A stretch of 47,174 nt of DNA from an uncultured Candidatus Saccharibacteria bacterium. Its GTDB lineage: Bacteria > Patescibacteriota > Saccharimonadia > Saccharimonadales > Saccharimonadaceae. Of this stretch, positions 1-10,825 are shown in pieces (within the stretch, counting starts at the first letter, position 1; every line of letters starts with the position of its first letter). The notes beneath the pieces were generated by a model that saw only the letters and a list, made by a program, of their open reading frames with translations, made no database searches and was not told the origin of the DNA. Location of the stretch: positions 5,168 to 52,341 of the forward strand of contig CAZFVK010000001.1 in NCBI GenBank assembly GCA_964522475.1, given 5' to 3'. A program made the translations under genes and the position numbers.

Positions 1-373
1 AAATATATTACTACATCTTCCATACTGGGGGCTCCGGTAGAGAATGCGAAATGCTTTGTAAATAATGGCAAGAATGCTTGTGAACAGAAATATGAAAGAG
101 GAGCTATTATATATAGTGCTGGCAATGGTGCGCATGAAATCTATGGCGAAATTTATAATCGTTATAAAGCGTTAGATTCGTATAAGGGTATCCTTGGTTT
201 TCCAATTACCGGAATCAATTGCGATGATAAATTGAACTGCTACCAAATCTATGAAGGAAGCACACTGCTCGGTGATTCTAATTTTAAGACTTGGTTTAGC
301 GATGCTTCAATTGCTAAAAAATATATTACTACATCTTCCATACTGGGGGCTCCGGTAGAGAATGCGAAATGCT
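1..373 (+). repeat. Exact 55-bp direct repeat (1-55 and 319-373), period 318 bp = 106 aa
   Basis: aaatatattactacatcttccatactgggggctccggtagagaatgcgaaatgct occurs at both positions, in frame. Confidence 0.95.
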
Positions 374-423
374 CCAATAATGTTTGTTCTCAAAGGTTCC
401 AGAACGGTTCATTGGCCAGATGA
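1..423 (+). CDS. LGFP-repeat surface protein, C-terminal part (5' end outside the window)
   Basis: Frame 1 is open from base 1 to TGA at 421-423: KYITTSSILGAPVENAKC...QKYERGAIIYSAGNGAHEIYGEIYNRYKALDSYKGILGFPITG...QRFQNGSLAR. It has LGFP/LGAP and Q-F/Y-E/Q-x-G motifs. The ORF track catches only the last 63 aa. Confidence 0.75.
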   Translation, partial: KYITTSSILGAPVENAKCFVNNGKNACEQKYERGAIIYSAGNGAHEIYGEIYNRYKALDSYKGILGFPITGINCDDKLNCYQIYEGSTLLGDSNFKTWFSDASIAKKYITTSSILGAPVENAKCSNNVCSQRFQNGSLAR

Positions 424-424
424 T

Positions 425-1447
425 TTAGAAAGTTTGGTTGAGATTAAAAATTGAATTAGCGATTTCTGGAGAACAATCTACGATATGAATAAAGTCGTAT
501 TCTTGGTATGCTGGGGGGATATAGGATAAATTGGTTGTAAACAATGTTTCAAAAAGGGCTTGGTTCTTGGCGTCAATAAAACGTTCTAGGCCGTTGGTAA
601 AAATGGAAAAGGTTGTCATTAGGTAAATTTTGTTAGCCCCCAGTTTTTTTAATAATTTCATGGAACTTAGTAAAGAGTTGCCAGAGGCTATCATGTCGTC
701 TACCAAGAGGATGTCGTATCCCGAAAGAGATTCGGGACCATTGAATTCGTGATATTCGATTGGGTTTTGTCCGTCTTTAAGAATATTGTAATTGCGTCGT
801 TTTTCGAAAAAACCGCTTTCGGTTACATTGAGAGCTTTTGCGGAGTAATCTGCACGTTTACTAGCACCAATGTCTGGGCTAACCACGAAAAGTTTGTCCC
901 ATTTTCTGGTAGAGGTAAATTCTTTTAAGAGTTTGTCTATGGCTGTATGATTGTGAAAGCTCATGCCAAAGGGAATTGCGTTTTCGACGGAAGCGTTGTG
1001 GACATCGATTGTGATAAGGTTCTTTACGCCATACCACTCGAGTTCTTTGAGCATCATGGCACAATCGAGGGATTCGGTAGTTTTACGCTTGTCTTGTCTG
1101 CTTTGATAGAGCATCGGCATAACTACATTGATACGAGCCGCTTGACCGCCTAGGGCACTAATGGCACGTTTTAGATCTTGGATATGTTCGTCGGGGCTCA
1201 TATAATGCTTGGTGTTAACTAAATCATAATGGGAACCGTAGTTGTCGGGGTCGCATAATATATAAACGTCATATCCTGAAAGGTTTTCTTTGGCAATACA
1301 TTTTCCTTCGCCGTTGTTGAAGCGGATAAACTCTGTGTCGGCAATATAGTTTTGATTTTTTGAGTGAAAAAGTTTGTTTAGGTATTGATTAACGTTCTGA
1401 GCGAGCTCTAGACTACTTGGAGTTGCGATTAACTTTATTTGATGCAT
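425..1447 (-). CDS. prs: Ribose-phosphate pyrophosphokinase (PRPP synthetase)
   Basis: Motifs RFNNGEGK, PMLYQSRQDKR, ITIDVHN, VVSPDIGA and LLVDDMIASG. Confidence 0.93.
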   Translation of the reverse strand: MHQIKLIATPSSLELAQNVNQYLNKLFHSKNQNYIADTEFIRFNNGEGKCIAKENLSGYDVYILCDPDNYGSHYDLVNTKHYMSPDEHIQDLKRAISALGGQAARINVVMPMLYQSRQDKRKTTESLDCAMMLKELEWYGVKNLITIDVHNASVENAIPFGMSFHNHTAIDKLLKEFTSTRKWDKLFVVSPDIGASKRADYSAKALNVTESGFFEKRRNYNILKDGQNPIEYHEFNGPESLSGYDILLVDDMIASGNSLLSSMKLLKKLGANKIYLMTTFSIFTNGLERFIDAKNQALFETLFTTNLSYIPPAYQEYDFIHIVDCSPEIANSIFNLNQTF

Positions 1448-1459
1448 AGTAATTCCTTT

Positions 1460-3292
1460 CTAGTATTTACTTATAATCTTGAAGACGTTTTTGGTTTCGT
1501 CGGTTGTAAAATTATCTGTAAAATCAAACATATCTTTGATATTCTTAGTAATAATGTTTTGTTCGATACAATAAGTGTAAAAATAGAAGATAGCTTCAGT
1601 ACTAATATTATATTCGGGAAATAAGAGTTTTTGTTTTTTTGTATCTTTGAAATATTGCTCGATACCTATTTTGATGCTGTTGATGGTGTCAGATTTTTTG
1701 GTGGTGAGGGTTTCGTCGTTGTAAATAGGAATAGCCTTCCCTCCTTTTTTATGAAAGCCGAGAAGTTGTCCGTATGGAGCAGATAAGAAGAATTCGAGAA
1801 CTAGTGAATACTCATAGAGTTTTTTATAAGTGGGGTTTCTTTTGGTATCAAAGAGAAAATTTAACTGACTTTTAGGAGAGTACTCTTTGACATCATCGGA
1901 ACTGGCTAGATAGATGCCGCAGAGATCTTTTTTCGACATTTTGGATAGTTCATATTGAATAGTGCCTGAATAGCCAAGATCGATAATCTTGGTGGATGGA
2001 TTCAGAGTGCCAACACTTTGTTTAATATAGAGAAGGTAATTGTCTCTGGCGGTTTTGGAATTTTTGATAACTTCTGGTGCGTATCTTTTGATGAGAGGTT
2101 TGGCTTTTTCGTAATCATTAGGCAAGGAAATATTAAAATCTTCAAAATCGGCGGAGATATTGAGAATTTGCTTGAGCCAATTTTTTGCGGAGCCATTATA
2201 GTCGTTATGGGTAGCGAGGGTTTCTATGTCTTTAACAGATGTTAAATTGGTAAAAATAGTCGCTTTTCTGCTGGCTAGGAAATAAAAATTTTTACGAGAG
2301 GAAAGGCTGTTTATTTCGGTATATTTTTTGTAAAGTTTTTGGAGATAATAGCCTTCTCTTGAAAGGAATAAGAGTTTGTCGGTTTTTTTAGTGTGATCTT
2401 CTAGAAAATTAAAAAACTCTTCAAATATGGGGCCGTAGAATAGATATCCGAGAGTGTTTAAATCATTGATTTCAGGAGAATTCGAAAAAGGGGAATTAAA
2501 TAAATATTCGTTGATAATTGTTCCCCAGAACAAAGAGTCGCTAGTGGATAAATTGTTTGAAATATAACTATTCAAGGCTGTTTTTTTGGCCAGAGTTTTA
2601 CCTGAATCTATTTGAATAGTGCTAATTCCAAAATCTTTAGGATAAAGAGCATCTGATAAAGAATTATCGCCTATGTGGAGGATTTTTTCGGCTTTGTAAT
2701 CGTTTTTAACTATTTCCCAGATAGTTTTGGTGTCTTTACGAGCGTTTAGATGGTTTGACAGATAAAATTTGGAATACCCTTGGTAGCCACATTTTTTAAG
2801 CATCTTTTCAATGGTTGATTTTTTTAGATACATATCGCTAACGAGAATGATCTTTTTGCCTTTTTCTTTTAGTTCATTCCAAATTTCTAAGGTTTCTTTT
2901 CGGGGAATGCAGAGTTCTAATTCGAGAGACTCTTCGTATTTTTTAATATTAGAAATATTTTTGATGCCAAAATCGTTTTTTAGAACTTCGTAAATATCAT
3001 CTATAGTAACATCTCGTCCGAGCTTTTCTCTGGCTACAGAATCAGCTTTGATACGATTTTCTTTGAAATTTTTGATTTTGAAATGTTCGTCTATAATAGA
3101 AAAAATATCTTCGGGAGAATAGACTTTACGAGTGATTAGGGTATCAAAAATGTCGAATGATATAATATCGGCTTCTTCGGCTTTTTTTGTAATAGTAGCT
3201 TTATCTACGGCATTGATTGGCGTAGGGATAATACTTCTGGTTTCTCCAAGTAAAATTTTTTTGACTCGGTGCTTAATTTTGGAAAGAATCAT
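1460..3292 (-). CDS. HAD phosphatase + phosphoribosyltransferase-like protein, probable glycan ribofuranosyltransferase (PRP-gPRT type)
   Basis: N-terminal HAD motifs SFDIFDTLITR, VSDMY and HIGDN; C-terminal FLSREG and PRPP-loop-like IIDLGYSGTIQ. Lies between a glycosyltransferase and prs. Confidence 0.7.
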   Translation of the reverse strand: MILSKIKHRVKKILLGETRSIIPTPINAVDKATITKKAEEADIISFDIFDTLITRKVYSPEDIFSIIDEHFKIKNFKENRIKADSVAREKLGRDVTIDDIYEVLKNDFGIKNISNIKKYEESLELELCIPRKETLEIWNELKEKGKKIILVSDMYLKKSTIEKMLKKCGYQGYSKFYLSNHLNARKDTKTIWEIVKNDYKAEKILHIGDNSLSDALYPKDFGISTIQIDSGKTLAKKTALNSYISNNLSTSDSLFWGTIINEYLFNSPFSNSPEINDLNTLGYLFYGPIFEEFFNFLEDHTKKTDKLLFLSREGYYLQKLYKKYTEINSLSSRKNFYFLASRKATIFTNLTSVKDIETLATHNDYNGSAKNWLKQILNISADFEDFNISLPNDYEKAKPLIKRYAPEVIKNSKTARDNYLLYIKQSVGTLNPSTKIIDLGYSGTIQYELSKMSKKDLCGIYLASSDDVKEYSPKSQLNFLFDTKRNPTYKKLYEYSLVLEFFLSAPYGQLLGFHKKGGKAIPIYNDETLTTKKSDTINSIKIGIEQYFKDTKKQKLLFPEYNISTEAIFYFYTYCIEQNIITKNIKDMFDFTDNFTTDETKNVFKIISKY

Positions 3293-5391
3293 ATGTTAAA
3301 TATCCTTTTGACCAAATCTTTGTATTTAGTGGTGATGTTGCGTTTGGACTTAACTAGTAATTTGACAAAAGAATTGGTGGGGGCAATTGGGACTGGAGTG
3401 GGAGTGGTGGTGGTAAGGGCTATGTCGATGGCTTCTTGGCTGGCTTTGATAGGAGGGGCTTGATAAAATTTTGGAGATTTAGTTAATTTGTCTGAATTTT
3501 TGTCGGCCATTATGTCGTCTACAATTTTTCCAAATTCGTCAAAACCTTTGTCGATTGGATAGTCAGCCATAAACTTGGCGCCAGCTAGGGACATTCGTCT
3601 TTGTTTGGTTCTGTCGTCTAAGATTTTGATGATTGCTGTAGCAATAGCTTCTGGCGTTGGCTCTGCTAATGATATGCTGGAATCTGGCATGTCATAAAGG
3701 TTATTTTCTAGATACAGATCTACTACGGGAAGGCCGGCAGCCATCATTTCGAATGGAATTCTTGAAGGGTTAGATGAACTTAAACATAAACCTACGGTAC
3801 ATTTGTTGTATAATTCGTTGCATTCTTTTGGTGAAATAATCTTGAGGTTTTTCATATTTTTGGGGATGGGAACGGGGTTGATCTTGGATTCGGAGCCATA
3901 CAGATATATTTTAGTGTCTGGGCGCATTTTTTGAACGATTTTTAATGCGGATATGCCGATTCCGGCACAACGACGAGGTTTTTCTGGTTGGAAGATAAAG
4001 CAAACGGCGTTTTCTTTTTCGACATCTTTGAGCGGTTTGTAGATTGAGGTGTTGGCACAAAAATTAAAATAGTGCATGTTCATGCCAAACTCACTATTTA
4101 TTTTGTGGGTGAGCCAGCGCCCGATGCTGATCCCTTCAAAGTTGTTGCGGTAGGTGTTTTCCATTTGTAGGTAAAGCCCTCCTCTTGGTTCAAACCAAGG
4201 CTCGAAATCCTGAATAAAATAGGCCTTGCGTGGAGCTTCTAAGTGATTAATATAGTCGGCTTGGAGGGAATATGTAGCAAAAATAAGATCGTAAGGCTGC
4301 CTTAAAGCGATGCCCATGAAAACCTGACAGAGGCATTTGCCGTAATAGCGTTCGATTTTGTTTGTCATGGAAGCGGAGGTGTTTTCGAAATCTTCTTCTA
4401 TGTAAATATCGACCTGGTATCCTTTTTTGACTAGGGAGTTAGCGTTTTCGATAATAGTGCGAATTCCTCCTGAGCCTTTAATGGGACTAGGGATGATCCA
4501 GGCGATACTTTTGGCGGTTTTTTGTCGGAGCAATTTGACGTCTTTTTCGCTCATCTGGTCTAGTAAACCTCCATAACGGAAAGATTGTCTATGAATTTCG
4601 TAGCTGTTTAGTGGCCATTCATCGCGAATGATTTTTTGGATTTCTAGAACTTCGTTTACTTCGGTGAATTTTTTGACATCAGTACTAAGCGAGCCGGTAT
4701 GTTTTCTAAAATAATTAAGGCTTTTTGAACAGTAAGCGATTTTTCCGGTTTGTAAAAGTTTGGCGTAGAAAATCCAATCACCGCTGATCTGGTACTTGAG
4801 AGATTCTTCTAGCAAAGTAGGGATTTTGGGATTTTGTTTGAAAACTACGGCTGAAACATTGGGAATAGTGTTCATAATAGACAGGCCGGATTTGATTTCT
4901 TCCTCGCCGGTGATAGTGTAATCTTTATTCCAATGAGTATCGCTGGCGGCTAGCATCCAATCTTTGCAAGAAGTGGCGGTGATATTGCCGTTTTCATCGA
5001 TTCTATTGCTATCACAATAGGAAATTACAACGTCGGGATTATCGAAACCACGCATGACATTTTCGAGAAAATAAGGAGAAGAAACATCGTCGGCTTCGGC
5101 AATCCAAATAAAATCTCCTTTGGCCTCTTCGAAACCTTTACGCCATTGTTTGAAGGGAGAACCAGAATTCTTTTTGTTTATAATTAGTCTCGCATTTAAG
5201 TTGGGATGTTCATCTAGGTATGTATTGATGATGCTTACGCTATTGTCGGTAGATAAATCATCTAAGATGATAAGTTCATAAATGGGGTAAGTTTGGTCGA
5301 TAATAGAATTTAGACGTTCGCCTAGGTATGGGCCGTAATTATAATTTGGCACGACAACAGATACTTTTTTTGTTACGTATTCCCTATTCAT
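3289..5391 (-). CDS. Bifunctional glycosyltransferase (GT2 N-terminus + WsaF-like GT-B C-terminus)
   Basis: VSVVVPNYNY, IILDDLSTD and WIAEADD, followed by GSGGIRTI, YFIQDFEPWF and PSRIPFEMMAAG. Confidence 0.85.
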   Translation of the reverse strand: MNREYVTKKVSVVVPNYNYGPYLGERLNSIIDQTYPIYELIILDDLSTDNSVSIINTYLDEHPNLNARLIINKKNSGSPFKQWRKGFEEAKGDFIWIAEADDVSSPYFLENVMRGFDNPDVVISYCDSNRIDENGNITATSCKDWMLAASDTHWNKDYTITGEEEIKSGLSIMNTIPNVSAVVFKQNPKIPTLLEESLKYQISGDWIFYAKLLQTGKIAYCSKSLNYFRKHTGSLSTDVKKFTEVNEVLEIQKIIRDEWPLNSYEIHRQSFRYGGLLDQMSEKDVKLLRQKTAKSIAWIIPSPIKGSGGIRTIIENANSLVKKGYQVDIYIEEDFENTSASMTNKIERYYGKCLCQVFMGIALRQPYDLIFATYSLQADYINHLEAPRKAYFIQDFEPWFEPRGGLYLQMENTYRNNFEGISIGRWLTHKINSEFGMNMHYFNFCANTSIYKPLKDVEKENAVCFIFQPEKPRRCAGIGISALKIVQKMRPDTKIYLYGSESKINPVPIPKNMKNLKIISPKECNELYNKCTVGLCLSSSNPSRIPFEMMAAGLPVVDLYLENNLYDMPDSSISLAEPTPEAIATAIIKILDDRTKQRRMSLAGAKFMADYPIDKGFDEFGKIVDDIMADKNSDKLTKSPKFYQAPPIKASQEAIDIALTTTTPTPVPIAPTNSFVKLLVKSKRNITTKYKDLVKRIFNI

Positions 5392-5399
5392 TGCAGTTA

Positions 5400-5426
5400 A
5401 TTATAACATAGGTTGTGTGATATAAT
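5400..5426. promoter_or_regulatory. Back-to-back extended -10 promoters
   Basis: TGTTATAAT on minus (5408-5400, 8 nt before ATG 5391) and TGATATAAT on plus (5418-5426). Confidence 0.7.
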
Positions 5427-5445
5427 GGAAAAAATGGAGATGTAG

Positions 5446-7005
5446 ATGAAGAAGAAAACCGTGGTTATTGTGGGTGCAGGCCCAGCAGGTTTGACTGCAG
5501 CATACGAACTTTTGGATAAATCAAAAGATTTTGATGTGGTGGTTTTGGAAGAATCTGACAAGATTGGGGGGATTTCTCGGACGGTGAATTATAAAGGGAA
5601 CCGGATGGACATGGGAGGGCATAGGTTTTTCTCCAAAGTACCAGAAGTGAACAAATGGTGGGAAAAAATGATGCCAACCCAAGGATCTTTGCCGTATGAC
5701 GATAAAGTCTTGGGGCGTAAATCTAATGTAAAGAAGGGTGGACCGGATCCAGAAAAAACCGACAGAGTGATGCTTAGACGCAATCGTTTATCGAGAATCT
5801 TTTTTAACCAAAAATTCTTTGATTATCCAGTATCTTTGAAAGCCTCTACGATTAAAAATATGGGTGTGGGGACGACTTTTGTAGTGGGTGGTAGCTATAT
5901 GAAGAGTGCCGTCCACAAAAAACCGGAAAAGTCTTTGGAGGATTTTTATATCAATCGATTTGGCAAGAAGCTTTATTCGATGTTTTTTGAAAATTATACC
6001 GAGAATTTGTGGGGGAGGCATCCGAGGGACATTTCGCCTGAATGGGGCGCTCAGCGAGTGAAGGGACTATCGATTTCGGCAATATTGAAGGATATTTTTG
6101 GGAAGACTTTTAAAAAGAAGAATCGTAAAGTAGAAACATCTTTGATTGAAGAATTTGCTTATCCAAAACTTGGTCCAGGGCAACTTTGGGAACTTACCGC
6201 AAAAGAAGTGAAGAAAAAAGGTGGTGAAATCATTATGGGGGCTAAGGTGATTGGCGTAAAAAAGAATACTGAGGGTGTGTTGACTGGTGTGGTGTATGAA
6301 AAAGATGGTAAGAAAGTGACACTCAAAGGTGACTACGTGATTTCTTCTATGCCGATTAAAGATTTGGTGGCGGCAATGAATGATGTGCCCACTAAGTATG
6401 CGAAGATTGCGGCAGGGTTACCTTATAGAGATTATATGACGGTGGGGGTGCTTTCTCATAAGTTGGCGTTAAAGAATGAAACAGATATCAAAACAATTGG
6501 AAATATTGTGCCAGATAACTGGGTGTATGTACATGATAAGAGCGTACAAATGGGGAGATTCCAGATTTATAATAACTGGTCGCCATATCTTGTAAAAGAT
6601 GTCGAAAATACGGTATGGGTAGGATTGGAATACTTTTGTAATGAGGGGGATAAACTTTGGTCAATGACTGATGATGATTTTGCGAAGATGGCAATTGATG
6701 AAATGGTAAAAATAAATGTCTTGGATAATAAGGATGAAGTAATGGACTATCATGTGGAACGTGTGAAAAAGGCTTATCCGGCGTATTTTGATACTTATGA
6801 AAAAATTGACGATCTCCGTGCTTATCTAGATAAAATCCCAAATCTTTTCTGTGTAGGGAGAAATGGTCAGCATAGGTATAACAATTTGGATCACTCGATG
6901 TGTACTTCTTTTGAGACAGTAAAAAATATTATGAATGGGGTGACCGATAAGTCGAATATTTGGGAGGTAAATACGGAGAAGGAATATCATGAAGAAGGTA
7001 AATAA
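5446..7005 (+). CDS. FAD-dependent oxidoreductase, UDP-galactopyranose-mutase-like/HemY-like family
   Basis: [25 protein letters not shown] and C-terminal [15 protein letters not shown]. Confidence 0.8.
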   Translation: MKKKTVVIVGAGPAGLTAAYELLDKSKDFDVVVLEESDKIGGISRTVNYKGNRMDMGGHRFFSKVPEVNKWWEKMMPTQGSLPYDDKVLGRKSNVKKGGPDPEKTDRVMLRRNRLSRIFFNQKFFDYPVSLKASTIKNMGVGTTFVVGGSYMKSAVHKKPEKSLEDFYINRFGKKLYSMFFENYTENLWGRHPRDISPEWGAQRVKGLSISAILKDIFGKTFKKKNRKVETSLIEEFAYPKLGPGQLWELTAKEVKKKGGEIIMGAKVIGVKKNTEGVLTGVVYEKDGKKVTLKGDYVISSMPIKDLVAAMNDVPTKYAKIAAGLPYRDYMTVGVLSHKLALKNETDIKTIGNIVPDNWVYVHDKSVQMGRFQIYNNWSPYLVKDVENTVWVGLEYFCNEGDKLWSMTDDDFAKMAIDEMVKINVLDNKDEVMDYHVERVKKAYPAYFDTYEKIDDLRAYLDKIPNLFCVGRNGQHRYNNLDHSMCTSFETVKNIMNGVTDKSNIWEVNTEKEYHEEGK

Positions 7006-8653
7006 ACTTAAAAACATCAGAAAAAGAGTTTGGATTAAATACGTGGTGTCGGCTATACTTGGTCTGTGTTCTAGTGTAGCTTATGATTATATTGAAAAAG
7101 GTGATTGTCATATTTCTCCTCTAGTTTTCGTGAGAGCAGGGATTTTGTTTGGCTTGTATTTGGTTTTGTTCTATCTTGTGGAGGTTTTGTTGTCAAAAAA
7201 GGACGGCTCGAATAAATTTTTGAGGAACAAAAAAATTAAGTATTTGTTTGGGAATAAAACTCCGTTTTGGAAACAGGCTTTGACTATTGCGGGGATTATT
7301 TTTGTGATGTGGTTACCATATTTTGCGGCTTCATATCCTGGTAATATGAGTAATGATACAACGGGTCAGTTGCCGATGTACTTTGCTATGTTTGACGATC
7401 AGAAGGAATATGAAATGCAGGACCAACATCCAGTTTTTACGACGATGGTGTTTGGTTCGGTAGTCTATGTAGCGAACTTGATTTTTAATAATATGCATGC
7501 GGCTTTGGCGTTTTGTATTTTATTACAAATGATGGTAACTGCGCTGGTGTTTGGTTTTGCAATTGTGTGGATGAAGAGAAGATGGGGGATTGCGACCTGG
7601 CTTTGTATTGGTATAATTGGATTTTTGACGCTTTTTCCGTTGATGCCACTTATGGTGATTAGCCTGTCTAAGGATACCTTTTTTTCGTGGATTTATGTGT
7701 TATTTGTGATTGCTTTGTTTGAGTTAGTGCGACAAGACTTTAGAATAATCAATAATAAAAAATATTTAGTAGGGCTAGTTTTGTTATGTCTTTTGATATG
7801 TTTGACTAAAAAATTGGGAGTATATATTGTATCGGGGACTTTGGTGCTATTTGTATTATTTTGTAAGCAGCAGTGGAAAATACGACTAAAAATAGCAATA
7901 CCGTTGGTGCTTTCGGCAGGATTAATGTTCATAATAATGCCAATAATTATTGCTAATACCGGAATTACTCCTACTCCTAAGAAAGAGATGTTTGGCTTGC
8001 CTTTTCAACAGACAGCGTTGACTTATATTAGGCATGGCGATAGTATGGCTGAAGATGAACTGACCCAGTTAGACAAATTGATGGATTTATCAACTTTGAA
8101 GGAGCGATATGTGCCGTATGTAGTAGATCCAGTGAAAGGACCAGTGAGTGATGATAATGATTTTGGTGCATATATTAAATTATATATAAAGCAGTTTTTT
8201 AAATATCCGGATAGTTATATTGACGCTCTTGCTTTGCATGTGGCTGGAGTGTTCGTGCCGTATCAAATTTCTCCAATTTTTGATAACCATTGGCACACTT
8301 GGAATGGTGGCTATTTTGATGAGGGTTTCTTTGATAAGCCAGATTTTAGTCGAGCACAATCTATTAAATTGCAAGAGTATTATGATTGGCTTACGGATAC
8401 GCCGATTTTGAATTTGGGTGTGTTCTCGATCACCTATGTGGTCTTTATTCCGGCTTGGTACCTTATTTGTTTAATAATGAGGGGGAAGAAAAAACGCGAT
8501 TTGCTATTATTTGTACCGATATTAGCATCGTTGGTAGGATTAGTGTTGTCGGCTACAGTGTATGATGGAAATGAAGCAATGCGATACCTGATGCCTTTTG
8601 TATATAGTGCTCCTATACTGATAGCTTACTCACAGTATTTACTCTATACATGA
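6989..8653 (+). CDS. Polytopic membrane protein, DUF6020-like putative GT-C glycosyltransferase
   Basis: About 11-13 hydrophobic segments; [22 protein letters not shown] and RYLMP motifs. Confidence 0.65.
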   Translation: MKKVNKLKNIRKRVWIKYVVSAILGLCSSVAYDYIEKGDCHISPLVFVRAGILFGLYLVLFYLVEVLLSKKDGSNKFLRNKKIKYLFGNKTPFWKQALTIAGIIFVMWLPYFAASYPGNMSNDTTGQLPMYFAMFDDQKEYEMQDQHPVFTTMVFGSVVYVANLIFNNMHAALAFCILLQMMVTALVFGFAIVWMKRRWGIATWLCIGIIGFLTLFPLMPLMVISLSKDTFFSWIYVLFVIALFELVRQDFRIINNKKYLVGLVLLCLLICLTKKLGVYIVSGTLVLFVLFCKQQWKIRLKIAIPLVLSAGLMFIIMPIIIANTGITPTPKKEMFGLPFQQTALTYIRHGDSMAEDELTQLDKLMDLSTLKERYVPYVVDPVKGPVSDDNDFGAYIKLYIKQFFKYPDSYIDALALHVAGVFVPYQISPIFDNHWHTWNGGYFDEGFFDKPDFSRAQSIKLQEYYDWLTDTPILNLGVFSITYVVFIPAWYLICLIMRGKKKRDLLLFVPILASLVGLVLSATVYDGNEAMRYLMPFVYSAPILIAYSQYLLYT

Positions 8654-8665
8654 TATAATATTGGT

Positions 8666-10825
8666 ATGGGTTCAAAGAGTTTGATAAATAAAGCAAAACG
8701 GACTTTGGCAGAGGAGGGTGTTTCTTCTGTGGTTAAAAAAACTAAGAATTTTTTGGTTTATAGGGCGAAGACCGGTCTTAAAAAAGATGAGGTGAAAGAT
8801 ATTCTGTTTGTAAATGGCTGTACATTGCTTCATCCGGAGCGTTATCGGGTGGATCACCAAATGGAACAGTTGGAGGCTAATGGCCTTAGCGTGGATAAGG
8901 TTTTGTATACAGAAGTAAAGCCTGAAATGTTGAAATTTTTTAGAGCGGTAGTGATTTTTCGTTGTCCAATTACTCCTGAAGTGGAAAAATTGATTGAAGA
9001 TGCTCATTATTTTAATAAAAGAGTGTTTTTTGATATAGATGATCTCGTGATTGATAAGAAATATACTGATACAATTGAGTATGTACAAAAAATGAGTGCG
9101 GCAGAAAAAGCAACTTATGATGATGGTGTGGTAAGGATGGGAAAGACTATGCAATTATGTGATTTTTGCATTACGACTACGCCGGCATTGGCAAGAGAAC
9201 TAGAGAAATATGACAAAGAAGTATATATAAATAAAAATGTAGCGAATGAAGAGATGGTGAAATTATCGCTTAGGGCGACAAAGAATGTTAAAAAGGATGT
9301 CGGCATAATTCGGATTGGGTATTTGAGTGGAAGTATTACTCATAATCCAGATTTTGAGCTGATTAAGCCGGCATTGATTAAAATAATGGATGAATTTAAA
9401 AATGTACAACTTGTCTTGATGGGGCATTTGGATTTGCCGAAAGACCTAGAAAGGTTTGGCAATAGAATTGTCAAACAACCGTTCGAGACTTGGGAAAAAT
9501 TGCCGAGAGTAATTGCGGGGTTGGATATAAATTTGGCGCCAATTGAAGAATCGATTTTTAATGAAGCAAAATCTGAGAATAAATGGACAGAGGCGGCGCT
9601 TTGTAAGGTAGTGACGGTGGCTTCGGGTTTTGGGGCGTTTAAAGAGGTAATAGAGGACGGTAAGACTGGGGTACTTTGTGGAGATGGTGAAGAGTGGTAC
9701 AAGAAACTAAAGCTGATGGTAGAGAATAAAAAATTGAGGGACGAAATTGCAGAGAATGCGTACAAAAAAGCTATGAAGGAATACGTGACAACTTATTCTG
9801 GGCGAGGGTTAGCTGAATTCATAAAGTCAAAGTTGGCTAGAAATATCGCTTTTGTCTTGCCGTCTACCAATGTGAGCGGTGGTGTAAATGTGGTGCTTAA
9901 ACATGCAGAGATTTTGCGGAAAAATGGTTGTGATGTAATGATTATAAATATGGATAATAGCGATAATGACATTATTAATGGAGATAGCAAAGTCAATGTA
10001 ATAAGTATGGAAAAACATGATTTTGTATGTAGGTTTGATAGTATGGTAGCAACGTTATATACGACTTTGAAATACGTAAAAGAATATCCCGATGTAGATA
10101 AAAGATATTATTTGGTGCAGAATTTTGAAACGGATTTTAACGAATATGGTTCTGTAACAAAGCGGGAAGCTAATGCTACATATACAGAGTCCAACATTAA
10201 CTATATTACGATTTCTAAGTGGTGTAAGGAGTGGTTAGAGAAAGATTTTGGACAAAAAGTAAAGTATGCACCGAATGGATTGGATTTAAATAGATTTAGT
10301 TTTCATGTCAGAAAGTTTAGTGATGACAGAGTGAGAATTTTGATTGAAGGAAATTCTAATGACTATTATAAAAATGTAGATGAAAGCTTCAAAGTGGTAG
10401 AGAGATTGGATAAAGAAAAATATGAGATTATATATTTATCTTATCAGGGAGAACCGAAGAAATGGTATCGAGTGGATAAATTTTATCACAGGGTGCCATA
10501 TGCGGAGGTGGGAAAAATTTATGGTCAATGCGATATTTTGCTAAAAACTAGTATACTAGAGAGCTTCTCTTATCCGCCGCTTGAAATGATAGCGACGGGA
10601 GGATATGTAGTTGCGGTGCCAAATGAAGGCAACAGGGAATATTTGAAAGATGGGGAAAATTGTCTTTTTTATGAACAAGGAAATATTGATGAAGCAGTGA
10701 AGAAGATTGAGAGAATTGTTGAGGATGTAGAGTTGAGGAAAAAGCTGATAGAAAATGCTAAGAAGACGGTACAAGACCGGGATTTTGAGAAATTGGAAAA
10801 AGAAATTCTGGAGCTTTATCGGTGA
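8666..10825 (+). CDS. Two-domain GT-B (GT4-like) glycosyltransferase
   Basis: RYRV, FFDIDDLV, GYLSGSITH and KSENKWTEA; second domain SGGVNVV, YLVQNFE and ESFSYPPLEM. Confidence 0.87.
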   Translation: MGSKSLINKAKRTLAEEGVSSVVKKTKNFLVYRAKTGLKKDEVKDILFVNGCTLLHPERYRVDHQMEQLEANGLSVDKVLYTEVKPEMLKFFRAVVIFRCPITPEVEKLIEDAHYFNKRVFFDIDDLVIDKKYTDTIEYVQKMSAAEKATYDDGVVRMGKTMQLCDFCITTTPALARELEKYDKEVYINKNVANEEMVKLSLRATKNVKKDVGIIRIGYLSGSITHNPDFELIKPALIKIMDEFKNVQLVLMGHLDLPKDLERFGNRIVKQPFETWEKLPRVIAGLDINLAPIEESIFNEAKSENKWTEAALCKVVTVASGFGAFKEVIEDGKTGVLCGDGEEWYKKLKLMVENKKLRDEIAENAYKKAMKEYVTTYSGRGLAEFIKSKLARNIAFVLPSTNVSGGVNVVLKHAEILRKNGCDVMIINMDNSDNDIINGDSKVNVISMEKHDFVCRFDSMVATLYTTLKYVKEYPDVDKRYYLVQNFETDFNEYGSVTKREANATYTESNINYITISKWCKEWLEKDFGQKVKYAPNGLDLNRFSFHVRKFSDDRVRILIEGNSNDYYKNVDESFKVVERLDKEKYEIIYLSYQGEPKKWYRVDKFYHRVPYAEVGKIYGQCDILLKTSILESFSYPPLEMIATGGYVVAVPNEGNREYLKDGENCLFYEQGNIDEAVKKIERIVEDVELRKKLIENAKKTVQDRDFEKLEKEILELYR

